Source: Patescibacteria group bacterium (GTDB lineage Bacteria; Patescibacteriota; Minisyncoccia; Phycocordibacterales; UBA918). From it: a stretch of 64,000 bases of DNA. Shown here in pieces: positions 27,859 to 37,541 of this stretch. The notes under the pieces were generated by a model, which saw nothing but the letters and a program-made list of their open reading frames with translations, made no database searches and was not told the origin of the DNA. Location: the NCBI GenBank assembly GCA_019752815.1, contig JAIELQ010000007.1, positions 40,922 through 104,921 of the forward strand, in the 5' to 3' direction. Each line of letters begins with the position of its first letter. The stretch's first letter is position 1. The position numbers and the translations under genes are program-made.

Positions 27859-29544
27859 TTGGGTGGGAGGAGTTTTATTACTTTTAGTCACATTATTATG
27901 TATATATCAGAAGTTCAAAGTTCAAAAACTGTCAAATTAGTGACACTTTTGACTCTTTTTGCCGTTATTATTAGCTTGTTACCTGTTTCAGCATTTGCGC
28001 AGGTGACTGAACCTGTTACCGATACAGAAGTAACTGTCGACGGAGAGAGTACATCAACTACTCCGGCAGAGCCTGTTGAACCAGTGTCATTAGTGCTCGA
28101 CCCTGAAGAAGTAGTATCTGAACCAGAAGCGACAGTAGTTGTCGAAGAAGAACCTGTTCTGAGTGCTCGGATCGCAGAGTCTATTGCTGTTGCTGATAAT
28201 GGTGAAGATCGGCCTATGAAATGTCTGGACGCTAATCTTCTAACTAATGGTTCATTTGAAGAACCAACAGTTGAGGGAGAATGGACGATCTTTGGAAGCG
28301 TCCTCGGATGGTTGTCTTCTGCTAGTGAGTTAGAAATTTGGAAGAATTTTAATGGAAATGGTGTTGATTCAGCTGCTGATGGTCAGCAAAATGCTGAATT
28401 AGATGGAAATGCACCCACAACTATTTCACAAACTTTGTCAGTAGTTCCGGGTAGTAAATACCAAGTATCTTTTGCTTTCTCACCTCGAGTCGGTCGAGAT
28501 ATGGCTGATAATGCAGTAAAAGTTAAATGGGATGGTGCAACACAAGGAACAGTGTCAGCAGATGGTTCTAGTAATAGTGGAAACGTTTGGACAAATCACT
28601 ACTTTACCGTAACTGCTGATGATGCTTCTGCGGTCGTTGAGCTTGAAGATATCGGTTCAGCGACTTCATACGGAACACTTATTGATGACGTGGAGGTATG
28701 TCTTGTAGAGCGCGCAGTGGTTGAAAAAGTAGAGGAAACAATCATTGTTACTGAAAATACAACTAATTTTGAAAACACAAACGGCTGGATGTTCAATCGC
28801 GACCTTACAACCGCTACTCCGTTTGAATTTAACACAAACGAAGCAGTGATTGGTGCTGGTGCCCTTAATGTTCTTCCAATCGGTGCTAATGCAGCTGATA
28901 AGTTTATTGCTGAATATTTCGTACTCGATAAAATCGATAACGTTATTTCATTCTCATACGACTTTAAAATTGGTGCCAGTGGTGATGATACAGATGAAGA
29001 ACAGTTCTACATGAATGTGTACGCTAACTTCGGTGAATCTAGTGCAACTAAATTCTATGACTGTCGTTACAATGTGGTGCCTACTGTTGGATCAATTGCT
29101 GGATTTACAACCGTAACGTTTGACCCAACTCAAGCATATCCAGTTACTACCCGTGGTGGTGCCAGTGCCTCCCCGTACCCTTGTCCAGCTGTGCCTGCTG
29201 ACATGAATGACCTCAGTCCGAATTCAACTTTCCGTGCTTTTGCAATTAACCTAGGAGACACATCTGCATCAGATGTTGGACTAGATGGATACTTCGATAA
29301 CGTGGTACTTGATACACCAACAAAAATCACTACCTTTGATTTCGAACCTAAGAAAATCTCTGGGAATAACCTCATTAGTGGCTGTAAATTCAACGACGCT
29401 AACGCTAACGGACTTAAAGATGAAGGTGAAGTAAATCTTTCAGGATGGGAAATTGTTCTTACTCAAGAAGACTCAGACCCACAGTACGCTGTTACTGATA
29501 AAAACGGATGTTACTCATTTGAGGTTGGATATGGTTCATACTAA
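27859..29544 (+). CDS. Secreted surface protein, N-terminal part: signal peptide, CBM4/9-like (NGSFEEP...W) beta-sandwich domain, Cna-B/SdrD-B-like domain. Ends at an in-frame TAA.
   Basis: Signal peptide, NGSFEEPTVEGEWTIFGSVLGW...AELDGN, then GCKFNDANANGLKDEGEV...CYSFEVGYGSY*. The same frame continues open into 29677..30573. Confidence 0.6.
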   Translation: MGGRSFITFSHIIMYISEVQSSKTVKLVTLLTLFAVIISLLPVSAFAQVTEPVTDTEVTVDGESTSTTPAEPVEPVSLVLDPEEVVSEPEATVVVEEEPVLSARIAESIAVADNGEDRPMKCLDANLLTNGSFEEPTVEGEWTIFGSVLGWLSSASELEIWKNFNGNGVDSAADGQQNAELDGNAPTTISQTLSVVPGSKYQVSFAFSPRVGRDMADNAVKVKWDGATQGTVSADGSSNSGNVWTNHYFTVTADDASAVVELEDIGSATSYGTLIDDVEVCLVERAVVEKVEETIIVTENTTNFENTNGWMFNRDLTTATPFEFNTNEAVIGAGALNVLPIGANAADKFIAEYFVLDKIDNVISFSYDFKIGASGDDTDEEQFYMNVYANFGESSATKFYDCRYNVVPTVGSIAGFTTVTFDPTQAYPVTTRGGASASPYPCPAVPADMNDLSPNSTFRAFAINLGDTSASDVGLDGYFDNVVLDTPTKITTFDFEPKKISGNNLISGCKFNDANANGLKDEGEVNLSGWEIVLTQEDSDPQYAVTDKNGCYSFEVGYGSY

Positions 29545-29676
29545 GTTGCTGAGACTCAACAAAAAGGTTGGGAGCAAACAGCTACCATTGGAGATGGCGC
29601 TGACGGAAACATTTGTTACATCAATTTCTACACTGAAATTGCCGCACGAAGTGCGGTTGTAGCTGAAGGTGAATCA

Positions 29677-30573
29677 ATGTACAGCGATACTGCTACGTGT
29701 GACTTTGGTAATCACGAAGTTGAAATTAACGAATGTACCTACTCAGAAAATCTCCTCGCTAATGGTAGTTTTGAAACACCATTAGTTGATCCAGAAAGTG
29801 ATGGTTGGGACATCTTTGATTCAGTAGTAGGCGGGTTGGCTTGGGTAGTTACTTGGATTAATCCAGCAGCCGAAGCTCCAGCAGTACCAAAACTAGAATT
29901 ACAAGATGGACGTCCAGCCAGTGATGGTAATCAATACGCTGAACTAGACTCAAACTATACTCAGCCAGGTGCCCCACAAATTCTTGGAGACGCACGCGTT
30001 AAAATCGCGCAAACAGTACCAACAGTAATTGGTGAAGAATATACCTTTACATTCGACCTGTCAGCTATTCCTGGTCGTCGTGGTGGTCCGGGTAATAACA
30101 AGGTAGACGTTATCATTGGTGGAGTAGTAATTGATACCAAAACTGCTGATGGACGACTTGCAACAACTACTAACTGGTCAACCTACTCATACACATTTAC
30201 TGCAACAACCTCAGCTACTGAAGTTGCTCTGGCAGATGCAGGACGATCAAATACATTCGGTACGTTTGTAGATAATGTATCTCTTGCAGGTTGTGTGCCA
30301 CAAAATGATGGTGGAGATGATGAGGGAGATGGTGGAGGAGATAATGAAACACCAACACGCCGTGGTGGTGGAGGTGGAACTCGTATTGACCGAACACCAG
30401 CTGGTGAGGTGTTGGGTGCACAAGCCACCGCTCCAACTGGAATGGTGCTTGGAGAAGCCACCTCAACCCTTCCAGTGGGCGCTCCTAATACTGGAGCCGG
30501 AGGGACTGCACAAGTCACTATTCAACTACCATCTGTAGTTGCAGTGTTGCCAAAAACACAAAAGATAAAATAA
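29677..30573 (+). CDS. Secreted surface protein, C-terminal part: second CBM4/9-like domain, Gly/Asp-rich linker, and a C-terminal sortase sorting signal (APNTG + hydrophobic + KTQKIK)
   Basis: NGSFETPLVDPESDGWDIF...AELDSN, then ...LPVGAPNTGAGGTAQVTIQLPSVVAVLPKTQKIK*. In the same frame as the upstream ORF. Confidence 0.55.
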   Translation: MYSDTATCDFGNHEVEINECTYSENLLANGSFETPLVDPESDGWDIFDSVVGGLAWVVTWINPAAEAPAVPKLELQDGRPASDGNQYAELDSNYTQPGAPQILGDARVKIAQTVPTVIGEEYTFTFDLSAIPGRRGGPGNNKVDVIIGGVVIDTKTADGRLATTTNWSTYSYTFTATTSATEVALADAGRSNTFGTFVDNVSLAGCVPQNDGGDDEGDGGGDNETPTRRGGGGGTRIDRTPAGEVLGAQATAPTGMVLGEATSTLPVGAPNTGAGGTAQVTIQLPSVVAVLPKTQKIK

Positions 30574-30575
30574 GT

Positions 30576-31211
30576 ATGTTTACTGGTTTCCAAAAAACCA
30601 GAGCATATAGCAAACGTCATTACGTTCTCGTAATGGCGTTTGCCATTGTGCTTGTTGTTGTGTGGGTTGCAGTACCCTATATCGATCGGTATGTAAATGA
30701 TGTAAATCAAGAGGTGGCAACTGAAACTATTGAGCCGGTGGTCCATAATGGTGAATTTGCCCGTTCCGCTCCTGTACGATTAGTAATTCCGTCACTTGGT
30801 ATGGATACAACGTTTGTCCAACCGCTAGGATTATTACCTGATCAAACAATTGGAGTGCCAAATAGTTATACCGAAGTCGGTTGGTACAGTGGGGGGGTGA
30901 GTCCAGGTGAGGTAGGCCCGTCGGTAATATTAGGACACGTTGATTCAGTTGACGGTCCAGCAATTTTTTATTCGTTAGGTCAGATGGAAGTGGGGGATGA
31001 AATTGAGGTAACTCGTGCTGATGGAACCATCGCAAAATTTGCCGTTACCAGAATGGAGCGTCACCCACAGTCAGATTTTCCAACCATGGATGTCTATGGA
31101 CCTACTGATACAGCCGCCTTACGCCTCGTTACCTGTTCTGGAAGTTTTGATAAAGGTGCACAACGGTATAGTCATAATTTGATTGTTTTTGCCGAGCTAA
31201 TAAAGAGTTAA
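30576..31211 (+). CDS. Sortase (class E/F-like transpeptidase)
   Basis: N-terminal TM segment, VILGHVDS (active-site His region), LRLVTCSG (TLxTC catalytic Cys) and a C-terminal Arg. The ATG lies 2 nt after the substrate gene stop. Confidence 0.75.
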   Translation: MFTGFQKTRAYSKRHYVLVMAFAIVLVVVWVAVPYIDRYVNDVNQEVATETIEPVVHNGEFARSAPVRLVIPSLGMDTTFVQPLGLLPDQTIGVPNSYTEVGWYSGGVSPGEVGPSVILGHVDSVDGPAIFYSLGQMEVGDEIEVTRADGTIAKFAVTRMERHPQSDFPTMDVYGPTDTAALRLVTCSGSFDKGAQRYSHNLIVFAELIKS

Positions 31212-31214
31212 TAC

Positions 31215-32618
31215 ATGCCCTCTTTATTAGTTTCACAACGCCAATTTTGGGAGAGTAATTTCATTTATTACACTTCAATTGTAGTCCCGGTATCATTTAA
31301 CCTGCTAGTATTTTACTTTTTGTTTTACGAAGTAGAGGGTAATCAAATTAATAGTTCGGCTGAGCTCGCTTTGTTTATTGCCAAGCTCTTTTGGCTGACG
31401 GGAGCCGTAGTTGCAGTAAGTAATATTATTGGGTTGGTGGTATTTGGAAACCCTCGTCACAATAACAATCAAGCAGTCGAGTCATTTGTTAGTAGTGGCT
31501 GGCCAAAGGCACGTCTTATTGTTGTATATGTGTCACGTGGTGATAATGCGCAGGCACTGGCTCGATCAATAGCTTCAACAGAGATACTTCTTCAAAAAAT
31601 GAATGTGCATCACCGTATTGATGTAGTAACTGACATGCCGGTAGCCGAGTTTATTTCTGGACCAGATTCTGCTGTTCGGTTCCATCTTGTGCCGGAGGGG
31701 TATGTCACACTTAATCAAGCTAAATGGAAGGCTCGGGCTCTCCATTATGTTGTAGAGCAGCATCAGCAAGATGATGATTTGTTTGATACCGATCACACAT
31801 GGGTACTACATCTCGATGAAGAGTCACAAATGACTGAAAGTGTTGTTGCTGGTATTGGTGAATTTATCAGTAATCCTGAAAATCAGAATAAAATTGGGCA
31901 GGGAGAAATTAAGTATAATGCGCACCAATATGGGTCGCACCTTTTGATTACGTGGGCGGATTCAATTCGTAGTGGGGATGATCTAGGGCGATTTAGATTC
32001 CAGTACAGTCTCTTTCGTCGTCCATTATTTGGAATGCATGGTTCGTTTATTCTCGCCCCGTTACGGATTGAGCAGCAATTTGGTTTTGATTTAGGTGGGA
32101 AAGGAAGCGTAACGGAAGACGCCTATTTTGCTCTCAAGTGTGCTGAACAAGGGGTGAAATTTGGCTGGGTAAATGGCTACATTCGTGAACAGTCACCCTA
32201 TACTATTCTGGCGTTACTTAAACAACGTCGAAGATGGTTCTCGGGTTTATTAATGTTGTCTTTTGACCGTACCATCGCTTTTAAGACTCGTTTACCATTG
32301 CTTCTCAATACAGTATTATGGTCAGTAGCTTGGATTGGACCATCAGTTACGCTCATAACTTTGTTTTTTGGTGGATATTTTCCTGTTCTGTTACTTTTAT
32401 TTGCAGGATTATTGCAAGGGTTTTATACGGCTACGTATATGGTTGGAGCAGCGCGCAATCTTGCTGATTCAGATGTTACAATGTCGTTTTCTCGCCAAGC
32501 GGTCATTTATCTAGGTTCTCTCGTCAGTGTTCAGGTTGTAAATGTTATTGAAGGATGCGCTGTATTATACGCACTCATCAGTCCGGTTAAAACATTCGAT
32601 GTAGTTAATAAAAATTAA
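31215..32618 (+). CDS. Processive family-2 glycosyltransferase (cellulose/chitin/hyaluronan synthase-like), integral membrane
   Basis: D...D, TEDAYFA (TED motif) and KQRRRWFSG (QxxRW motif), flanked by TM helices. Confidence 0.7.
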   Translation: MPSLLVSQRQFWESNFIYYTSIVVPVSFNLLVFYFLFYEVEGNQINSSAELALFIAKLFWLTGAVVAVSNIIGLVVFGNPRHNNNQAVESFVSSGWPKARLIVVYVSRGDNAQALARSIASTEILLQKMNVHHRIDVVTDMPVAEFISGPDSAVRFHLVPEGYVTLNQAKWKARALHYVVEQHQQDDDLFDTDHTWVLHLDEESQMTESVVAGIGEFISNPENQNKIGQGEIKYNAHQYGSHLLITWADSIRSGDDLGRFRFQYSLFRRPLFGMHGSFILAPLRIEQQFGFDLGGKGSVTEDAYFALKCAEQGVKFGWVNGYIREQSPYTILALLKQRRRWFSGLLMLSFDRTIAFKTRLPLLLNTVLWSVAWIGPSVTLITLFFGGYFPVLLLLFAGLLQGFYTATYMVGAARNLADSDVTMSFSRQAVIYLGSLVSVQVVNVIEGCAVLYALISPVKTFDVVNKN

Positions 32619-32641
32619 CTTGGTTTAAATGAAGATACTAG

Positions 32642-33832
32642 TTAGAACCATTGATTGCCACCAAGATGCCATACAGATACCGAAGTTATTCCTAAACTGG
32701 CCACCAAGTCTCTTTTTTGTTTTAGACTTTGTGCATCTTGATAGAAATAAACAGTCGTCCCACTTCTCCAAGTCATTTCTCCCGAACGTACATCACGTAC
32801 GGCGGTAGGATATCCTACTTTTTTTCTAATTTGTTCATGGGTGAGGATGGTCATTCGGTATGAGCCAACAGTTCCTTGGTATCCGTAAGACGGTAAACCA
32901 ATGGTTAATTTTTCTTTTGGATATTTAGTACTTGTCCAATTCACAACATTCCTAATCCAATCTAACGGAGCTACAGGCGATCCGGCTCCATAGTCATATT
33001 GGTAGTCATACGCCATAATTACCATATGATCAACTGGTAGGTTAACGAAATCATTATATCGCCATAAAAACCATTTTTCTTCAGTGGCGTTTGATACGGC
33101 TGGGCCGTCTAACATTAATTTTTTGCCTTGAGCATGAAGAGCATCGCCCAATGTTTGTACAAACATTTTGTAATTGGTGTAGGCTACTGGTGTCCAGCTA
33201 CTGAAATCCTCGAAATCTAGCTCGATACCGGTAATACCGTTGTTTACCGTAAAATCTACCAGAGTCTTTATTTCTGAGCTAGAAGCATTAAGAGCAGTTG
33301 CAAAAAATGTCTCCATGTCATTCACGCTCGCTGACGAAACAGTTGCATATTGTTCAGTTGAGTATTGTTTGAGCCGTGCGATAGTGGTGGGTGAATAGCC
33401 GTTACAACGGGTGTTTGTTGAGTCAAGTAATGTCAGGAAGCCACCGCTAATAGTAAAGAATTCAGCTTTTAGAGTATGAATTTTACGTCCATCCGCCATT
33501 TCCGTATTGGCTCCACAGGCAGGATTGCCTGGATATATCCAGGCCATAGTGCGAACTTCGTTTATTTGAGCAGCCGACGCTTGGGGGATAAATTGTGCCA
33601 GGGGACTTGTTGTAGCAGCTTGTTGTTGGTTCTTTTTGTTTCGAATCACAGCCGCTTCTTGTTCACCAATTGTTTCAGACGTGGTAGTCTCGTTTTGGAC
33701 TAATGTAATTGGAAGATCACTCTCCAGAGTAGAAACGATAGCTATTTTTGTATGAGTCACTGAGAGTATAGTCATGATAAGGAGTGCGAACGCACCAGTA
33801 GCTAATCCAGCTAATAAAATTTTTGTATGCAT
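32642..33832 (-). CDS. GH18-family glycoside hydrolase (chitinase / SleL-YaaH-like), membrane-anchored
   Basis: GITGIELDFEDF is a variant of the DxxDxDxE motif with the catalytic Glu retained. MAYDYQYD is the MxYD motif. N-terminal TM segment; likely start MHTKILL. Confidence 0.6.
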   Translation of the reverse strand: MHTKILLAGLATGAFALLIMTILSVTHTKIAIVSTLESDLPITLVQNETTTSETIGEQEAAVIRNKKNQQQAATTSPLAQFIPQASAAQINEVRTMAWIYPGNPACGANTEMADGRKIHTLKAEFFTISGGFLTLLDSTNTRCNGYSPTTIARLKQYSTEQYATVSSASVNDMETFFATALNASSSEIKTLVDFTVNNGITGIELDFEDFSSWTPVAYTNYKMFVQTLGDALHAQGKKLMLDGPAVSNATEEKWFLWRYNDFVNLPVDHMVIMAYDYQYDYGAGSPVAPLDWIRNVVNWTSTKYPKEKLTIGLPSYGYQGTVGSYRMTILTHEQIRKKVGYPTAVRDVRSGEMTWRSGTTVYFYQDAQSLKQKRDLVASLGITSVSVWHLGGNQWF

Positions 33833-33854
33833 ACCCTCACTATACACTTTTTTA

Positions 33855-35228
33855 CTACTTTTGTTCAATAAATACCCCTTTGCGCTCCCATTTTTGCCAG
33901 ACGAGCTCTTGTTTTCTGATGTATCCCCATAATGCTTTAAATAAAGCATTAGTTTCAACAAATGTACTCACATAGAACAATAACCAACCAATCGGAGCTA
34001 GGAGTAAGAAGGGAAGAGTTGCTTCTCGGTGTTTATCAAATGCAACCTGAACCAAGAACATTGAACTTACAACCACGATGCCGGAAATAAATGAGGTGAA
34101 GTCACCAGTCATAAATGAGAAGATATAAAGGAATGTCAGGAACAAAATCTCTAATGACAGTTGAAGTTCTCCAATAATAGCTAACGGTAATATAAACCAC
34201 GAAAGTAATTTATTATGTTCTTTTTTAAAACTACAAAACATACCACGGTGTTCAGCAAAGGTTTCAAATCGGCCTCGTTTCCAGCGCAACCGTTGTTTCA
34301 TGAGGCCGCTCAGTGTAACAGCACCTTCTGTATAGACTAAAGCGTCAGGAGCATAGGCAATACGCATGCCGTGAGCCTGTATACGAACAGATAACTCAAT
34401 ATCCTCGGTGATGTTAGTGGTGCTATAAGGACCAATTTTATCAAAAATCTCACGCCGAAATGCTCCCGCTGCACCGCCAATGATGTAGATAGTATTTACC
34501 AATGATTCTGCTTTTTTAAAGTAAAAAGAAAATAAAAACTCTAAATACTGCACGACTCCAATTATAGTGTCGGTATTACCAATCCGAACGTTGCCAACGG
34601 CTGCCATAACGGTAGGATCTTGGAAATACTTAACAAAATTTCCAACAGTTTCTGGCGGGACGTAACAATCGGTATCAATTGATAGAATGATGTCCCCAGT
34701 AGCTAAATTGAGTCCATTATTTAACGCGTGACCTTTGCCCTGAGCTCCTTCATAGCTATAGATAACATCAATGGTCTGCTTAAGTGATCGGTCACGAGTT
34801 AGTTCATATCTTTCAATTAGGTCACGCACGTTCTTACCCGTATTATCTTTTGAGGCATTATCTATTACCAATATTTCCATATTAGTATAGGTGCTTTTTA
34901 ACAGGGCTTCGACAGTCGTGATGATGCCGTTTTCTTCATTCCAAGCCGGAACAATGACGCTCACACGAGGATTATAGAGGCTCCCTTGTCTGGCTTTTTT
35001 TAGTATACGATTACGATGAGCAACGCGGATTTCATTCCACGGACTTAACATCATGTATATAAAGTATTTAGTGAGAAGAATAGAGGCAAATATTATGATT
35101 ATTGACCGTAAAACGGCAAAATTTTCTGTTTCTTGGCGTTCAACTAAAAATACAGAACTTAAAATAGCCCCTAAAATTATATATAAAGCAGTGTAGACTA
35201 ATATTTTGTTGCTAGGAAAAAATTTCAT
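33855..35228 (-). CDS. Processive family-2 glycosyltransferase (PgaC/IcaA/NodC-like N-acetylglucosaminyltransferase)
   Basis: SVIVPAWNEE, DNASKD, SIDTDCY, GAAGAFRREIF, TEDIELSVR and KQRLRWKRG (QxxRW), with N- and C-terminal TM helices. Confidence 0.8.
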   Translation of the reverse strand: MKFFPSNKILVYTALYIILGAILSSVFLVERQETENFAVLRSIIIIFASILLTKYFIYMMLSPWNEIRVAHRNRILKKARQGSLYNPRVSVIVPAWNEENGIITTVEALLKSTYTNMEILVIDNASKDNTGKNVRDLIERYELTRDRSLKQTIDVIYSYEGAQGKGHALNNGLNLATGDIILSIDTDCYVPPETVGNFVKYFQDPTVMAAVGNVRIGNTDTIIGVVQYLEFLFSFYFKKAESLVNTIYIIGGAAGAFRREIFDKIGPYSTTNITEDIELSVRIQAHGMRIAYAPDALVYTEGAVTLSGLMKQRLRWKRGRFETFAEHRGMFCSFKKEHNKLLSWFILPLAIIGELQLSLEILFLTFLYIFSFMTGDFTSFISGIVVVSSMFLVQVAFDKHREATLPFLLLAPIGWLLFYVSTFVETNALFKALWGYIRKQELVWQKWERKGVFIEQK

Positions 35229-35416
35229 AGAGGGTCTTTAAATATGTGCATTGTGAATAGTTTGGCAAAACAGTTCGAAAGTATGATCAAGCATATAAAT
35301 AACGTCACAATATCGTATGTTCGAGCATCAAAAAAATTCCAGAGCGTAATGCCGATAGCAATTGTGAGGCCGCTCAGTAATAGATAGGCCGTTGTAGCGA
35401 TGACTTGATGTCTCAT
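35225..35416 (-). CDS. Small two-TM membrane protein, translationally coupled (ATGA overlap) to the GT2 synthase
   Basis: 63 aa, hydrophobic; its stop overlaps the GT2 start. Confidence 0.4.
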   Translation of the reverse strand: MRHQVIATTAYLLLSGLTIAIGITLWNFFDARTYDIVTLFICLIILSNCFAKLFTMHIFKDPL

Positions 35417-35537
35417 TGCCGGTACTATATCATAAAATAATTAAAAAGTCAACTATTCCTACCATGCTTTTAACGTGGTTTATATTAGCTGAGTGACTAT
35501 CTTTCACCTCTTGAGATGAATTTTAGGTAATGAAAAA

Positions 35538-35566
35538 GACGCCCAAAGTGCGGGCGCCAGGTTTTT
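35538..35566. terminator. Terminator-like hairpin
   Basis: gacgccc-aaagtg-cgggcgcc followed by aggttttt. On the minus strand it is followed by ttttt. Confidence 0.45.
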
Positions 35567-35575
35567 CTGAGGTTT

Positions 35576-35773
35576 TTACTCAGCGGCGAATCTGAGTTCG
35601 GCCGGTGGATTATCTTCGAGCGGTGGCAAGTAGTCCAGTCCCTCAGCTATACTCCAAGCCAAGGCTCGTTCCTGTCGGAACAGTTCTTCACTGGCAAAAA
35701 TTCGTTCTGTTCGGTCGTCTTCATCAGTACGGGGAGGTTCAATTTGATCTCCAAAATGCGGTTCATATCCCAT
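35576..35773 (-). CDS. Small acidic hypothetical protein
   Basis: 65-aa ORF. Confidence 0.3.
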   Translation of the reverse strand: MGYEPHFGDQIEPPRTDEDDRTERIFASEELFRQERALAWSIAEGLDYLPPLEDNPPAELRFAAE

Positions 35774-35971
35774 TGGTTCCTCGTTCGTTGATTATGGTTA
35801 AGGAGCTGGTGAACTGTCAGGCTCGCTTTATATCATACATTTTACTTAATAGCAATAGTGAGTTGTATTGTTATTTAAAAGTAGAGGTATATCATTTATA
35901 TAGTCCATGGTGGGCTGAGCTTCTGGTTTGTATTAATGGAGAGATACTTATTATCGTAAGTCGTAATTTTT

Positions 35972-37432
35972 ATGAATATATTTAGCGTAGAGGGAGGTTC
36001 AGTAGGGAGACTGGTGACAGGCTTGAGTTTATTAGCTTTGATTATGAGTGCTTTTCCGGTGTCTTTTGCTACGGCGGAAGGTGAAGAAGTTGCTCCAGTT
36101 ACTGATACGTCAGTCGTTAGTAGTTTGGTAGAAGAGACTGAGCCAGGAGATTTGTGTGACAACATGCTAGGTGTTCAATTGGAGGTGCCAACAGGTTGGA
36201 TGGCAGATGGAAGTTCATGTTATCTGGTTGAACCATCAGAGCCTACACTAGAAACAATCGAAGTTTGCAAATATACCTATGGGGAGGGGGAATCATATAT
36301 TCCTGTTGCCGGATGGATAATGTTTGTCACAAATATTGATCCAAATGAAATTATTGCTGCTGGTCCAGATGATGTGCCTGAGGGGTATATCTATGAAGTT
36401 GTCACTGATGATACAGGTTGTGTGACCCAGTCTGTTAATTCTGAAAATGGTCCGTGGTATGTATTTGAGGATATTGAAGACGGTTGGTACCAATCAGATG
36501 TTGATGTGGTAGGTGGTTACGCAACTGAAAGTGAGGGAGATAATTTCTGTGTCTTTTTTGATGATGAGATAATTTCTTCTGAATTGTCGCGCAGTGGTGA
36601 ATATAGTTATAGTTGTGATTTTTATAATGTGGATGATCGCGAAGAGGTAACTGGCTATAAGTGGAATGATGAAAACAACAATGGTGTTAAAGATGATTCA
36701 GAAGTAGGGGTTCAAGGTTGGACTATTACAGCTTCAGATAACACTAAAGCTGGATATTCTCCAGTTTCGGCAGTAACAGATGCCAATGGGTATTATTCAA
36801 TGATGCTTCCTAGTGATGGTAATTGGGTAATTACTGAAGAGTTGCGTTCTGGTTGGACACAAACTGCGGTATATGAAAACGGTTACAAACTAACAGAGGA
36901 AACGGAAGAGGGTGGCTCAATTGCAGAATGTTCACTTAATCTACGTTCAAAATACACAAAGGTTGCAGTTTTGGATGAAGTTACAGCGCCCGAACTCTAT
37001 AATCGTTGTGATTTCCTTAATTATCAAGAGCCGCGTCGTAGTGGTGGCAGCAGTTCGGGAACTCGCGTCAGAGAGCGTGCGACCCCACAGTCGTTAGTGC
37101 TAGGAGCAGCAACTGGCACACCAGCGTGTGGAATGTACCTCCAAGACTACATGCGTATGGGTAACGCTGCCTCTACAACCCAAGTAACAAAACTCCAAGT
37201 ATTCCTTAATGCAGTGGGCATTACTGCACCATTAACTGGAATCTTTGATGCCGGGACTGACGCAGCGGTACGAGCATTTCAAATGCAGTACAAACCAGAA
37301 GTTCTTACACCGTGGTATCTTGCCAAGTTAGTGCCACATGAGAATTCAACTGGTTGGGTGTACCAATTAACACGATGGAAAATCAATAACATTGTGTGCC
37401 CAGGCAGTGAAGCGTATCCGGTTCTAAACTAA
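35972..37432 (+). CDS. Secreted protein with a Cna-B/SdrD-B-like domain and a C-terminal peptidoglycan-binding (PGBD-like) domain
   Basis: Signal peptide; YKWNDENNNGVKDDSEVGVQGWTI...DANGYYSMMLP (SdrD B-like); TQVTKLQVFLNAVGI...DAAVRAFQMQY (PG_binding_1-like). Confidence 0.6.
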   Translation: MNIFSVEGGSVGRLVTGLSLLALIMSAFPVSFATAEGEEVAPVTDTSVVSSLVEETEPGDLCDNMLGVQLEVPTGWMADGSSCYLVEPSEPTLETIEVCKYTYGEGESYIPVAGWIMFVTNIDPNEIIAAGPDDVPEGYIYEVVTDDTGCVTQSVNSENGPWYVFEDIEDGWYQSDVDVVGGYATESEGDNFCVFFDDEIISSELSRSGEYSYSCDFYNVDDREEVTGYKWNDENNNGVKDDSEVGVQGWTITASDNTKAGYSPVSAVTDANGYYSMMLPSDGNWVITEELRSGWTQTAVYENGYKLTEETEEGGSIAECSLNLRSKYTKVAVLDEVTAPELYNRCDFLNYQEPRRSGGSSSGTRVRERATPQSLVLGAATGTPACGMYLQDYMRMGNAASTTQVTKLQVFLNAVGITAPLTGIFDAGTDAAVRAFQMQYKPEVLTPWYLAKLVPHENSTGWVYQLTRWKINNIVCPGSEAYPVLN

Positions 37433-37484
37433 CGTTTGGGATTGAAAAGGAAGATTGACGATAGAATATTGAACATACAACGTA

Positions 37485-37513
37485 GCAAAAAGCACCCTGC
37501 GGGTGCTTTTTGC
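37485..37513 (+). terminator. Terminator hairpin; left copy of a direct repeat flanking the rhuM/doc-like gene
   Basis: gcaaaaagcaccc-tgc-gggtgctttttgc. Confidence 0.65.
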
Positions 37514-37541
37514 TTGTATTAAATGATAGAATAATAAAACT

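Noticed and set aside
29542-29544. In-frame TAA as evidence of stop-codon reassignment
   Set aside because: All other genes in the window terminate normally at TAA, TAG or TGA with nearby terminators, and TAA reassignment is unknown in bacteria. A point mutation or sequencing error is more parsimonious.
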